In this document: positions 1-14,068 of the stretch, piece by piece
How the letters are laid out: every line of letters begins with the position of its first letter
How positions within the stretch are numbered: the first letter of the stretch is position 1
Assembly (NCBI GenBank): GCA_964016885.1
Contig: OZ024740.1
Coordinates: 160,890,001 to 160,954,000, forward strand
Source: Eledone cirrhosa
Taxonomy: Eukaryota
Direction of reading: 5' to 3'
Length of the DNA: 64,000 bases
Notes under the pieces: model-generated
What the model was told of the DNA's origin: nothing
The model's input: only the letters and a program-made list of their open reading frames with translations
The model's database searches: none
Made by a program: the position numbers and the translations under genes

Positions 1-894
1 ATGTTAGACACTGAACCTGATATTCTTGGTCCTTGTACCACCTTCCAGCTAACAGAGTGGAGTTTGCCACATGCATGTATGTGTCCTATGTGTTGGAATG
101 ACTGTTTCAACACATGTCCCTCTCTATCCTCCAGAGTAACACTGTCTCCATACTGTCCACTGTGATGATGCGGCAGCTCATATTGCATGCCAGAAAGGTT
201 CTCCCACACTGTCTAAGCTCATACTATTGGTTAGCTATGTTAATGTCTGTTCTTTCTTCCTTTATATTATATGCAATATTTATGAAAAGAAAAATGTGAG
301 TGTTCACTAACTTTCTCATTATTCATCTGGTGTTTGAAGCATTTGTAGTTAGATACATATGAGTTATATATAAGTTGTGGGTATAAACTTGTACACATAG
401 TATTGTAACAGAACAGAATAAAAGAACTTGAAAAGAGTAAACACCTTCAAAATCTGTTCTGGCCTGACCATTGTCGAAGTAGTCAGGACATTTTGTTATT
501 GTTACAGCTACCACATATGTAGTATTAACCACCTTCTGACGAGGCTGCATCTCATAGGAGGCTTCTTGGGTCATATCCTATCATGTCACCTTTTTCTGGT
601 GAGAGGAGGTGGAATTTGAACTCAGAATGCACACAGAACAGATACTAAAAGACATTTAACATCCTATAAAGATTTAGCAGAAATTGTCTAAAGACAGGTT
701 TGTTAAATCAAATATTTCTAGTATGTTTACTACTGGATAGATTGCTTTGAAAAAAGTAATTTATAATATTATGCAATCATAGTGCTGCCTTGTATTTTAT
801 GTGGTTTCATGCAGTACAGAATCATCATCATCAGTATCACTGTTAAATATCTATTTTCTGTACAGGAAATTAAAAGTGAATCCAGTGCTTTAAT

Positions 895-1090
895 AATTGT
901 TTCTACTTTAGGCACAAGGCCAGCAATTACCCAGTGCATTACTGGTACTTTATTTTATCGACCCCGTAAGGATGAAAAGCAAAGTCAACCTCAGCGGGAT
1001 TTGAACTCAGATCGTAAATGGACGTAACTATGCTGGAAAGCATGGCGTCCGACCCTCTACCAATACTGCCATGCCATCAGTTCACTGCCT
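895..1090 (-). mobile_element. SINE, family with (TAA)n-type tail
   Basis: Shares ggcacaaggccagcaatt...ttttatcgacccc...aaagtcaacctc...atttgaactcaga with copies at ~18270-18490 and 42290-43300. The reverse strand carries a B-box-like gagttcaaatccc. Confidence 0.65.
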
Positions 1091-1156
1091 CAAGGAATAC
1101 AAACATTCAAGAGAGTGGAAGAAGTATTATGTTGTAAATAAGAAAAATATAACATT

Positions 1157-1226
<70 letters not shown>

Positions 1227-1764
1227 TATTTACTTGCATTGCTGGAATAATAAATTACAGAGAAATTTCAGCACCCCTTGTTGTGGTGTGCAGGTCTTCA
1301 GTATTTTTCCCTCTATTTTTTTTAGATAGTTTTATATAAATTGTATATGAAAGTATGGGAATATTCTTCTCAATATATTTATATTATCATAATTAGTAAG
1401 AACAGTCTAGGAATGTTAAAACTTTGAACTCATCAGTCTAGTATCCTAGTCTCAATAATATTTGACAATATCCTGCTGGCAATGTAATCCATTCTGCCAT
1501 ACACATATGTTTACCACTGTTATTTACACCACTTTCTGCATAAATCAGCAATATTTTACATTGCTGCTTTAGCCTGAGGTTTTGATTTTTGTGAAGTTTG
1601 CATTTTTATTATTTTTAAGGTATTATCTTCATTTAGTCGATCACATGAACCACAGTATTTATTTGTTAAAGTCTGGAACTTATTTTATTGATCTTATTTT
1701 GTCAAACTGCTGAGTTACAGTACAAAAACACAGGAACAAATGCAAACGGATACACCAACACATG

Positions 1765-1795
<31 letters not shown>

Positions 1796-1801
<6 letters not shown>

Positions 1802-1990
1802 ATACTTTGGGAGGGTCATGTTGCCAATAAAAACACATGCTCCTGTTGGTTTTCACTTTAATTTATTATACATTTCTGGTTGGTTGGTTCGATAACTGGA
1901 AGGTTGTTTATATATATTGTCATAGCTCTTTCATCACACATTCTGTGACCTCCTCAGTGACTACGTATTACAATATCGGTTTCAACACAT
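1796..1990 (-). mobile_element. Short 3'-end fragment of the repeat family that terminates the 33-35 kb PLE
   Basis: tattgttatac..gggagggtcat..ttgcca..ctgtt(t)ggtt matches 32605-32690 and the reverse complement of 46850-46928. All copies abut (TA)n. Confidence 0.5.
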
Positions 1991-2599
1991 GTTTTCAGGT
2001 AAGAAATATCACAAGACAAATTCAAAAACCAATTATATATATATAGTAATAATAAATTCAAAGACCAGAATCTGAAAAGGGCTCAATAAAGATTGTATAT
2101 ATAAATATATATAACTATATATAAACAAGTAGAGTGAATATTTATTATTTGTAAAGAATAACGTTTAAGCAAAGAATTTCTGCTTCCACCCTAGGATGAA
2201 AAGAGATATTCTTTACTTGAACTGTTTTCTGTACAAATTATACATGTATATATGGGGTGTGATTAGACTATTTTATATATTGCTTGGCTGTGTGTACAAC
2301 AGACCATTTTATATTCTGATCGCTATGTCATTATGCACAACTTGTCACCAATTGGTGAGTATCTAAACTAGCTTTAAAATCCTCCTGCAAATTGTTTGTC
2401 TGCCTGTATGTGTGTGAGAATGTGCATAGATGTGCCTGTGTAAGCACATAGATGCATATACACACACACACACACATAAAAAAGAGCATGTTGCAACAAA
2501 AATAAATATGTATTCTATTGTAATACTTTAATAAATAGGATTTTGTTGACTTTACACCTGTGCATGGATAGATGTACATGCATTTCCTTACATATGTGA

Positions 2600-2639
2600 A
2601 TATATATATATTTATATATATATATACACATACACACAC

Positions 2640-2686
<47 letters not shown>

Positions 2687-2742
2687 CATACATACATACA
2701 TACATATATATATACATACATATATATATATATACATACATA

Positions 2743-2774
<32 letters not shown>

Positions 2775-2786
2775 CATACATATATA

Positions 2787-2844
<58 letters not shown>

Positions 2845-3072
2845 CATATATATATCAGGAAGCATAACTTCAAAGTGACATGTTTACTATCTCCAGATCA
2901 TAATATCAGTTTTCAATTTCTCAATATGCTTGTCTTATTTTTGTTATGGTGTTATTTTTGTTATATTCTTCTGATTTTTGTAAACTAATATATATATTAT
3001 TCAGCAGCATTCTTTTTGTGCTCATGCATGTATGCATATATATATATATATGTATGTATATATATATGTGTG

Positions 3073-3167
<95 letters not shown>

Positions 3168-3190
3168 GTATATATATATGTATATATATG

Positions 3191-3223
<33 letters not shown>

Positions 3224-3268
3224 GTATATATATATATGTGTATATATAAATATATGTGTATATATATG

Positions 3269-3299
<31 letters not shown>

Positions 3300-3418
3300 G
3301 TATATATATATATATGTATATATATATGTATATATATATATATGTATATATATATATGTATATATATGTATATATATGTATATATATATATGTATATATA
3401 TATATGTATATATATATG

Positions 3419-3494
<76 letters not shown>

Positions 3495-3857
3495 CTTGAA
3501 CTGTAACTCATAGACACTCACTAAATCAGACATGTACATGCATATTCACAGTAACATGTTTACATTCTTGTACATATATTTCCCTTCCTATCTTGTCTAA
3601 CTTTTCTTCTGTCCCTCTCTTTCTTTCTCCCATAACACTCGTAATGGTGTAATATATATATCTGTATATATTGTTTGACTAAACTAACCATGTCACTGTT
3701 TACTAGCTATTTATTGTGATGTTGCTGCTTTAAAGAATGTCCCTTTATATTGGAAGTTATCATAAAACCTCAGATCTAAAACAAGAGAATTATATATATA
3801 TATGGAAAGAGAGAGAGACGGAGAGATACATATGTATATACATACATAGTTATAGGT

Positions 3858-3921
<64 letters not shown>

Positions 3922-3922
3922 A

Positions 3923-3987
<65 letters not shown>

Positions 3988-4077
3988 TTATATATACATC
4001 GTGGAAGATAGACCTTAAATGATGATGATGATGTGTGTGTATATGTATTTATATATATATATATATGTATACGTATT

Positions 4078-4108
<31 letters not shown>

Positions 4109-4245
4109 ATATATATATATGTATTTATATATATATATGTACGTATTTACACATATATATGTATGTATTTACATATATATATATATATTTATATATACAT
4201 ATATATATATGTATTTATATATACATATGTATCTATATATATTTT
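2600..4245. repeat. (TA)n / (TATG)n / (CA)n microsatellite field
   Basis: Read directly. It produces the spurious YIYI ORFs. Confidence 0.95.
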
Positions 4246-4974
4246 TTTTTCAATATTCCAATCAACCCCCTAACAAAAAAAGAAAGAAAGCAAAATCAAT
4301 ATAATAAAATGTCAAAAGTGAAATCAATAGTCTAACATGAAAGATCAAGTAGTAACCTAAAAGCTATATATATATATATATACACAAACACACTTAAATA
4401 TATATACATGCATGCGTACATACATACATACATACATATGTATATTGCTTAAACTTTTTTGACCAACAACCTCTCTGCCAATCACATCCTTACAGGTGTA
4501 TTGGAGAATGCCAAAAAAAATAATAAAAAATATATAGAAATAAATGGAATCTCAAAGCATTTACTGATAACCGATATACTTATCTTCAACTAACATCAAC
4601 AGACATTATAACATCAGTGTAGGTTTCAAAGACTTTTTTATTATTCAGATATACACACAGAAGACATAACACAACATATTGAGTACAAAGGGTAAAAGGT
4701 GAAGAAGAAGACATAAAAGAGTGCTAAAGCTACAATATATCCTAAACACACTGCAAGCAAGTAGCATTCTAACTAGCTCAAGATATTCAATGCAAAATAT
4801 TGGTTTAAACAGCATGGATATATTATCATCATTTAACATCCATTTTCCCTGCTAGCAAGGGTTGTATATGTCTTCACAGATTGAGTTTGCATTGATCTGG
4901 GGTTACTGACCTCCCAGACAGTCTAGGGGTTCAACATCTGACTTACATACAGTTCTGCATTCTACCAAGTGCAA

Positions 4975-5420
4975 TTTTATCATGGCACCTACACCAGAGA
5001 AGTTATCATGTCTTTGACATAATCGGAGGGTCCTCAAACCTTTTGTTTGTTTAGATTTCTATGGCTGGATACCCTTCCTAATACCAACCACTTTATAGTG
5101 TGTATTGAGTGTTTTTATCATGTAGATCACCAACACTAGGGAGGTTGTCATGTCATTTACAACTGAAAGGTCCTCCAAACCCTTTGTTTCGCAAGCCTTT
5201 TATGGCTGGATGCCCTTCCTTTCACCAACCAATTTACAGCATGTACTGTGTGCTTTTATCATGTAGATCACCAACACTAGGAGGGTTGTCATGTCCTTGA
5301 CACAACTGAAGGGTTCTCTCAGCCCTTTTAGGCATGGTTTTAACAGCAGGATGACCTTCCTGTTGCCAATGCCCTTACAGAGTGTACCAGGTGTGTTTTT
5401 GTGGCACTGTCATTAGAGAG
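4975..5420. repeat. Degenerate ~141-bp tandem repeat (about 3 units)
   Basis: ttttatcatgtagatcaccaacactagggagg recurs at ~5115 and ~5255. tggctggat(a/g)cccttcct recurs in successive units. Confidence 0.65.
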
Positions 5421-5799
5421 AGGTGTTCATCATAGTACCAACAGATGAGCTCTCACTGTTTGAATGCAGTGTGAGAGGGTAGGTAAATAGGTAAGAAGTT
5501 ATAGATGTATGTAGTGATTTAGAAGGGCGATGAGAAAGTGGAAGGGGTGGCTGGTTGTCTATGTTGAGAGGGTGTGTTGTGGTGCGGGGGATGTGGATGG
5601 TGTGATCATGTGCTGAGGGGAGCATTGAGGGAGAAATCGCTAAGGGTGTGCATATGGGGTAGAGAGAGTAGTTACTAGGATGCAATAGTGAGGGTGTAGC
5701 TAAAGAGTGGTACTGGACTGGGCATGGGTGGGGTGAAGATAGCTGCTATGGGGAGCTTGCCGAAGGTGGGAGGGACACATGGATGTGTCAGATCATATT

Positions 5800-6190
5800 C
5801 TATGCTTGTGGCCTGGTCTTAGTCATCAGAGCATAACTCCAACACTCTTAATTCTTTGTCATCTCAGGCTTATTTTCTTCAGGTCATTCTTTACTACATT
5901 GTTCCGGGTTTGCCTTGTCTATGGGTTCCAGCCATTAGGATTTCTCTGCATTTTTTTATGAAGCTGCCATCTTTCATATGCATCATATGTCCATACCAGC
6001 AGTTTTCTCTCTCTTGCACATTACATGCAATTCCTCTTATGCCAAGGTTTTCTCTCAGTTCACTTATGCTACATTGCTCATGCACACTATTATTACACAT
6101 CCACCGGGGCATACTCGCTTGATTTATTTCCAGCCTTTGCAGGTCTTCTGCACTCAAGGACCATGTTCACATGCAGGCATCATATAATCT
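5800..6190 (-). mobile_element. RTE-type LINE 3' remnant
   Basis: ORF 5894-6157 (LQRLEINQASMPRWMCN...WYGHMMHM) is homologous to 14092-14358. Confidence 0.8.
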
Positions 6191-7839
6191 ACCCTTCACT
6201 CTTAGAGAGTAACCATTTGTTGTCAGCAGCAGTATCTGTGTGTGTGTGTGTGTGTGCATACATGTATGGTGTTGTCATGCATGAATCGATGCATTTATGT
6301 ATGCATTTAGTTATGAATGTCTTGGTATTAGAACATTGGCTGAAATGCTTTGCAGTTTTAGTTCCAGCTCTCTGTGCTTTAAGTTCAAATCCTGCTGAAA
6401 TCAACTTTACCTTTCATCTTTTGAAAAATATAATACCAGTCCAGTACTGGGACCCATCCTTTCTCTATGTCGCTTTCTCAATTCCTTTCTAAGTCTCACT
6501 CTCTTGAGAGAGGGAGGTGGATGGGTGGAGAAAGAGTGTGTGTGTGTGTGAGAGAGAGAGAGAGAAACAAGAAATTAGTTCTCTTCAGACCTGGAGAGGG
6601 ATGTGCTTCATTAGGTTCAAGTGCTCTATGCCAGGACAGTACCCCTTCTATTCCATGAGGTGTTAAGGACTTGTGTATGCATGTATGCGTGTGGATGTAT
6701 GTATGCATGCAAATGTTTGTATGCGTGTATATGTGTGTGTATGTATGTATGTGTGTGTATGTATGTGTGTATGTATGTGTGTATGATTTATGTATGTGTG
6801 TATGATTTATGTATGTGTATATATGTATGTATGTGTCTCTTTATGCATGCATTTAATTGTGTGGAAGCATATATGTGTTTATATGTGTGTGTGTTCTTAT
6901 GTATATGCGTATGTTCAAATGTGCTCATTAGTGTTTTGACAAATTCTATGGAGTCTTTAAGATATCATTGATAGACTACTAGCTAATAAACCTGAAAGAA
7001 CAAAGAACTGTCAGCCATTTAGGAAATGGTTATTGCTCTTTCTTACAAATTCTTGCATTACTGTGTAATTATTCGTTCTTGGTTATCTTTAACCCATTTA
7101 ATACAAACCTGCTTGAAATCTGCTATAATTTGTTCATATTCAAATTAAAATCTTGTCTTTAAGTACAGGCCTGATTGTTTGGTTTAGGTGTTTGCTTTGC
7201 AACCACATACTTTCATATTTAGTCCCATTGAATTATACCTTGGGCAAATATCCTCTATAGCCCCATATTGACCTATATATATATATATATTGAAGTAAAT
7301 GTCCAAGTAGAGGTTATGAGTAATATGTACAGTGGATGATTTTAACATGTGGTGTTGTTTGACTCGACAAGATGTTTACTTACTTGTGGTGTTTGAGTGG
7401 CCGATTCCACACAGTTCCTAGGTAAGTAGTTCCTGGAGTATTAATAATGAAGGAGTGAAGAATAACACAGATAAGCTATACAGTAGGGTTTATTCCAAGT
7501 ATTAACATATGTCACATATATATATGACAGAGTCATGATCCCAACGGCTGAGCTCTTGCTGTTGGGGTCCCAACTCTTTCATATAACCATACTCTACTAC
7601 CCGAAGCATCGAGCATTCTAGTGAGTAACGGTCTAACCCGTTTCTAACTGAATCCATCCTGATTTATATATATATATATATATAGAATTACAATTTAGCT
7701 TCAGGCATAGTTGTATACAGATATGTATTGGAATTTCGTATTTCTGAAGAAATATGGTATGTTTAAAATAAACATTTAGAGAGCCATAGATATGCCAAAA
7801 CACCAGCGACTAACGTTGTTTGTCTGTGTCCTGCGGAAG

Positions 7840-7878
<39 letters not shown>

Positions 7879-8559
7879 AGACAATCACTCTTGCCTCAAG
7901 TGGGACTACCCCCGTCCAAACCCATGCAAGCGTGGAACACGGACGTTAAACGTTGATGATGATGATATATATATACATACACAGACACTCATTTAGAAAC
8001 CATGACAAAGGAAAACTCTTTGGTTGTATCAAGGACACAAAAAAACCTCTTAATGCTGATACTATAATAAAATGCATCGAGTAAAATCTGTCAAGTGGTT
8101 GATATTAACCAGTGCACCCAGCTGTAGAAATTTGCCAAACAAATAGTTGAGAAAACTTCTGTAAAATGGTTGATGATTGGAAGGGCGTCGATCTGTAGAG
8201 ACTATGCAAAAACCGGAATATATGTAAATGAAGCATGGCCTTCTAGTCTGCTTCAGAGATAGTAGCCTACCAAGAGAACAACAGTGAGTATATGAAAGAA
8301 TGATTGCTTCTATATGATTATCCATATATCTGTCCATAGGTTGGAAATATTTAATGTTGACATCAAATCAGATGACCCAAGATATGTCCTTTTCTACTTG
8401 AAAAATCAAGTTAAAATTACTGCTATTTCTAATTAATTATGTAATTATGTTAAAGCTATTGGCTTGTTACTTTTGTTGTTATTCTTCTACACTCTGATAC
8501 ATTTGTGATGACAGCAACCTATTAAAACAAGTTTCTCTCTCTTCTGTCTCTTTTCACAG

Positions 8560-8661
8560 GATACTCTACAGAAAATTAAAATTAATTCGCCCGCCAATAG
8601 CTGTGGCAAGGTATAAAATGATACGTCATCAAAAAAGAACTCCTTCATCCTGGATGAAACG
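8560..8661 (+). CDS. Candidate internal coding exon (102 nt, phase 2/2) of an unidentified host gene
   Basis: Long polypyrimidine tract plus CAG at 8557-8559, consensus donor GTAAGT at 8662, length divisible by 3. Open frame ILYRKLKLIRPPIAVARYKMIRHQKRTPSSWMK(R). Confidence 0.65.
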
Positions 8662-8699
8662 GTAAGTAATGTATTATTTCTGCCTGGTTGGATTGTTAC

Positions 8700-9430
8700 A
8701 ATGTTGACTCAATGAAAGGTAGTTTGGTGAAATTATTGGGATGCTGGAGCAAAAAGAAGTAGATCTATGCTGTGTACACAAGGGGAGATAGAGAAGAGCT
8801 TTAACTAACCTACTGACAGGCAAAATACACATGATTAAACTATTCTGTGCAGCAAACAATGAGAATATAGGAATAATGATAACAGAGAAGTGGATAGAGG
8901 AGTAGGGTATGCAACAGAATTATGAAGCTTAGAGTAGTCATAGGCAAAATGGCACCAGCTGTATTCTCAGCATATGCACCACAGCTAGAACTAGCCAATA
9001 AACAAAAGGATCAGTTCTATGACAATCTCCTGCAAATCATCACAAAAATAAGTTACAGTAGCTTTATCATGATGATGATGTTAATGGAGATTTTAAGCAG
9101 CACCAGATGGCTACTCTAAAGTAAATGTTGGCTATGGGCATGCCTCAAGGAATGAAGAGGGACGAAGACAACTATGCAATAATCAGCTGCAACACTAACT
9201 TTAGGAAACTGAACAGGCATTTAATTATTTACTAATCAGATGAAAACACAAGCCAGAGTGATTTTGTACTCATCAGAAAGCAAGACAGACAGATGTTTGG
9301 GAATATTAAATCTTTTCCTAGAGAAATGTACCAACCAACATTGACTAGTTAGTAGTGTCATGAGATTAAGATCTTGATGAACTCAGGGATGTGAGGTAAT
9401 CTGGAGTAGGAAGGTGTGGAAAATAAAAGA
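8700..9430 (+). mobile_element. Decayed RTE LINE, APE endonuclease region
   Basis: MKLRVVIG..AVFSAYAPQ..KDQFYDNL parallels the APE region at 56700-56830. Many stops. Confidence 0.7.
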
Positions 9431-10287
9431 TTCCTTTATTAAATATAGGTTAAAACATATGGTATGTGATGTACATTATAAAAAAACACCCTTACTACCA
9501 ACAGAGAAGTGGCTAAGCTCAATATACAGCAATGGAGTAAAGAGAAACTTCATATAATGAACATAGTATAAAATATGGCTGCAATAGCAGGTGTATGTAT
9601 AGATGTAGGATTAAGAAATTTGTTTCACAACCACATGTTTCTGTGTTCGATTCCACTGCATGGTACCTTTGTCTTTTACTATAAACATAATGCTGATCAA
9701 TGCAATGTAAGTGGATTTAGTAGAGAGACATTGTATAGAAGCCCATTATATATATGTGTATATGTGTCCATGTGCTTATCTCTATGTCATATTTGATTGT
9801 GTCCGTCAGCTTAGCAATTTGATATACAAAGATCAGTACAATAAGAACTGTACTTAAAAGTAAGTTAGAAATATCATCAGCAAAGACATACAGTCACAGA
9901 ACACTGCCTCAAAAAGTTCTGTCCAACTCATGCTAGTGTGTAAGGAGTTAACATAAAAAGATGCTAGTGGTGGTGGTGATCATTCCTTAGAGTGAGAAAG
10001 AAAAAAAGCTAGTATTATTCACCCCGCAAAACAACGCATTATAATGGCCATTATTCAAGGACTGAAACCAGAATAAAAGCATTCATGATGCCCTGTAGAT
10101 GTCTTTCACTTAGTAGAAATATAGGTGTGTTGGTGAAATTAGTAGAGTAAACATTTCATTGAATATGTCACAAATTGGTAATTGATAATAATTGGTTTAG
10201 CTGGAAGGCAGCTCTGTGTTGAATGAGAAGACATCTTTGGTAGAGTTAAAATGATGTGCTAGGCTGTACTAATAGACATAAACACAG

Positions 10288-11100
<813 letters not shown>

Positions 11101-11169
11101 GTGTGTATGTGTGTATGCATGTTCATGTGTATACATATATACACACACACACAGACACATATATATATA

Positions 11170-11470
11170 TATTTAATTACATAATATACAACACAATATA
11201 ATTATTCCATTACCAAAGGTTTGAGGAGACCAGACGATCCTTACAGAAACATCCAGTTCATTCATCAGATGAAATAGTTATCAGATAGTTATAAGAAAAT
11301 TATTTCATCTGAAGAACAAACTGGACGTTTCTGTAAGGATCGTCTAGTCTCCTGAAACCTTTGGTAATGGAATAATTATATTGTGTTGTTTATTATGTAA
11401 CTAAATAGCTCTGTACTACATCATAGAGCACTTTTCTTTCCTCTACCTTTTCTACTACAGAAATACTTAA
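11170..11470. mobile_element. Short head-to-head palindrome of a PLE-like 3' end (arms ~107 bp, spacer ~24 bp, tail on the right)
   Basis: 11170-11276 is the imperfect reverse complement of 11301-11407. It contains an HHR and is flanked by TA. Confidence 0.8.
11300..11375 (+). ncRNA. Type I hammerhead ribozyme motif
   Basis: ttatttcat-CTGAAGA-(actggacg...cgtctagt)-GAAAC-ctttg-GTA-atggaataa, with a 9-bp stem I. The mirror copy on the minus strand has GAAA mutated to CAAA. Confidence 0.75.
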
Positions 11471-12070
11471 CATATATTTATACACATGCACGCAAATATA
11501 TACACACAGAGTGTATATAATTGGAGTGATATATAATTGGAGAGTATATACAGACAGAGTGTATATAATTGGAGTAATACATAACTGGAGAGTATATATA
11601 ATTGGAGTGATATTTTTAATAAAAATAGTATTGACAAAAACAATAACTAAATAAGGATTCGGTATTAAAGTAGGGTCTAAATGTTTTATTAAAAAGAAAC
11701 ACACAGGGATTGTGATTTTGAAATGTTACCAATGTCATCAACGCTAGGTAGGAAAATGGATGTTAAATGATGATGATATATCTATGTATGTATCTATATT
11801 TAATGTAATATTTCATTATTGTTATATTTAGGTAAGGTCATATTACCAAAAATCACTGCCAATATTTCATTGTTCTAATTAGGAATATATTTTATATGTT
11901 ACTTTTATGCAAGATATTAAAATTGTTGTAGCTTTAATATCTATGTGAGTTCCCTCTGCTTGACTATTTTAGTGCCTTATTTGCATTGTGGGGTTATTGG
12001 TCAAGAAGCCAATATTTTTATGTTATTCTATTATTTCATTACATGTTCCAGCTGACATACATGTATGCAA

Positions 12071-12160
<90 letters not shown>

Positions 12161-12163
12161 ATA

Positions 12164-13212
12164 TTTTGTTTTAGTCTCATTCATTCTCAGCCCCACACTC
12201 ATCGACACAGTCTCAACCTCCCGCATCAAATCCTCTGCCTCCTTCACTGTATTTGTCACCAAAACTATGTCGTCGGCAAATTCAGCATCCGATACCTTTT
12301 TCGCCTTAACTCTCCTGCTCTGAGCCGGTGCTACAGTAAAGCCAGAGTCCTGGTGTTTCTCCAGTGCAAGGCGCATACAATAGTCCACTACGATGATAAA
12401 AAGGTAGGGAGCCAATGTATCTCCCTGGAGCACTCCAGCCAGTATCTCAAAGAACTCTGTCATCCCATCAGGTGTAATGACTTGGGCTTTGGTGTTGGTG
12501 TAGAGCAGTGATATCAGGTCCACTATCTTCTTGGGGATTCCATAAGCCTGTATGATCTTCATCAGGCAGTAACGGTCCACAGAATGCTGAGAAGCCAGAG
12601 GGGATCACTAATGTAGGCGGGAAGCCGCTAGAATTGGTTGAGGGCTTCCTGTATTTGGGAGCAAAGATTGGGAATACGGAAGATGATGTGGTTGAGAGGA
12701 AGAGCAAGGCCTGAGCAGCATGCCACAGCTTGAGATCGGTGTGGAAGTCGGACCTTCGTAGAGACCTGAAAGTCCGCCTCTTCATTGCTGTAGTGGAGTC
12801 TGTGCTGCTGTATGGGTCTGAGACTTGGACACTGATCAAGAAACTCACTCAGATGGTGGATGGGTGCTACACGAGAATGTTGAGGATGGCTCTGAACATT
12901 AATCAGTATACACTGAGAATGAAAATCTCAGAGCTGTATGGGAGCATCCCAAAAGTCAGCTCAAAAGTGACACAGAGAAGACTGAGGTTAGCTGGACATG
13001 CTCACTGACATCCAGAGTTGACATTGCACTCAGTGCTCCTTTGTGAGCCCCTACATGGACACATTAGAAGAGGAAGACCAAGGTTAACGTATGTTGATGC
13101 CCTAAGGACAGACACTGGTCTGTTGGAGATGCAGGACATGGCAGCGATAATGAGGGACAGAGACCGCTGGAGAGAACTCGTCCATGGATCTCGGGAATTT
13201 TACCCGCCTTAG
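12164..13212 (+). mobile_element. 5'-truncated RTE-like LINE with inverted 5' segment
   Basis: Minus-strand RT piece 12164-12580 (GVLQGDTLAPYLF, FADDI, ending NETKTKY). Plus-strand continuation from ~12582 (ENAEKP..FLYLG..LLYGSETW..RLRLAGH..RGRPR). Candidate 13-bp TSD atacatgtatata at 12151 and 13213. Confidence 0.85.
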
Positions 13213-13525
13213 ATACATGTATATACAATGTATACACACTGGTTTTCCTAAAACCCAAGCATGGAACTGCGTTCTCCTCCAAACTCTCACACTCAGATCT
13301 ACGCATACGCACACACACACCCCATCTTCCACCCTCCCCGCTCGGACCCCCGATTTCCTTATCCGCTCTCCCCCCACCCACTACCACCTCTACACCCTTT
13401 CACCACTTGTTTTTAACTTATTGTCCCACTCATGTGTTATTTTTATCTTTATTTTTTTCCTGTTATTTTAATATTTTTCCACCACTCCCCCTCACACCCT
13501 CTTGGAACTTCCCTCCATCCCACCA

Positions 13526-13562
13526 TTCTCCTGATGAAGGGCTTATGCCCGAAACGTCACCC
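13526..13562 (+). ncRNA. Minimal hammerhead-like motif in a PLE-like 3' fragment (13235-13645)
   Basis: CTGATGA-agggc-ttat-gccc-GAAAC-GTC with a loopless palindromic stem III (ACGT). Stem I pairs poorly. Confidence 0.55.
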
Positions 13563-13709
13563 CCGCCCCTCACTCTCAAGCGTGAACTTAATACCTAACA
13601 CCTTTCGTAACTGTACTCCTTGTTGTTGTTATTTACTTTTCCAATATATATATATATATATAAACAAAATTAACTCGAATATCAAGTTTTGAAACGCGAG
13701 TGTATTAGA

Positions 13710-14051
13710 ATTCGTAGGAAAATGAAAAGAATCGGCACAAGAAAGCTGTTCAAAAGAGGAAAATGTTGTCGAAAGGACAGAAATCAGCGATTCGATGTGA
13801 GTTGACTCAAAGAATTGATAGGAAGGAAGAAATAGAATGTATGAGAAGAGGTCACAAACATTAAACAACACTCAATGATGAGTGAATTTTAATGTTTGTG
13901 ATATCTTCCTTCCTATTAAATCTTTGATTCAACTCTCTTTGAGGTGCTGATTTCTGTCGTTCGAGGTAATGTTTTACCCAATGCCATTTTGACGGCATTT
14001 TGCTGTTTTAACAGCTTCCTTACACTGATTTTTTTCCATTTTCCTACGAAT
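13710..14051. mobile_element. MITE-like element with ~45-bp imperfect terminal inverted repeats
   Basis: attcgtaggaaaatg...aagctgtt at 13710 versus aacagctt...cattttcctacgaat ending 14051. Confidence 0.55.
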
Positions 14052-14068
14052 ATATATATATATATATA

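Noticed and set aside
536-560. CTGACGA as an HHR core
   Set aside because: No stem II followed by GAAA and no matching stem I.
1-620. Possible exons (open minus frame 1-212; plus 508-598 bounded by AG and GT)
   Set aside because: Weak splice context and no recognisable protein motifs.
2331-4335. Many 80-200 aa ORFs rich in Y/I/C/V/H/T (also near 10.3-11.2, 35.5-37, 45.5 and 46.8 kb)
   Set aside because: They are translations of (TA)n, (CA)n and (GA)n microsatellites, which lack stop codons.
7743-7810. CTGAAGA HHR-like start
   Set aside because: The downstream GAAA-N..NTH and stem I are missing, so it is too degenerate to call.
11508-11612. Short tandem gagtgtatataattggagt repeats as a CRISPR-like array
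   Set aside because: No unique spacers, eukaryotic context and no cas genes. It is a simple minisatellite.
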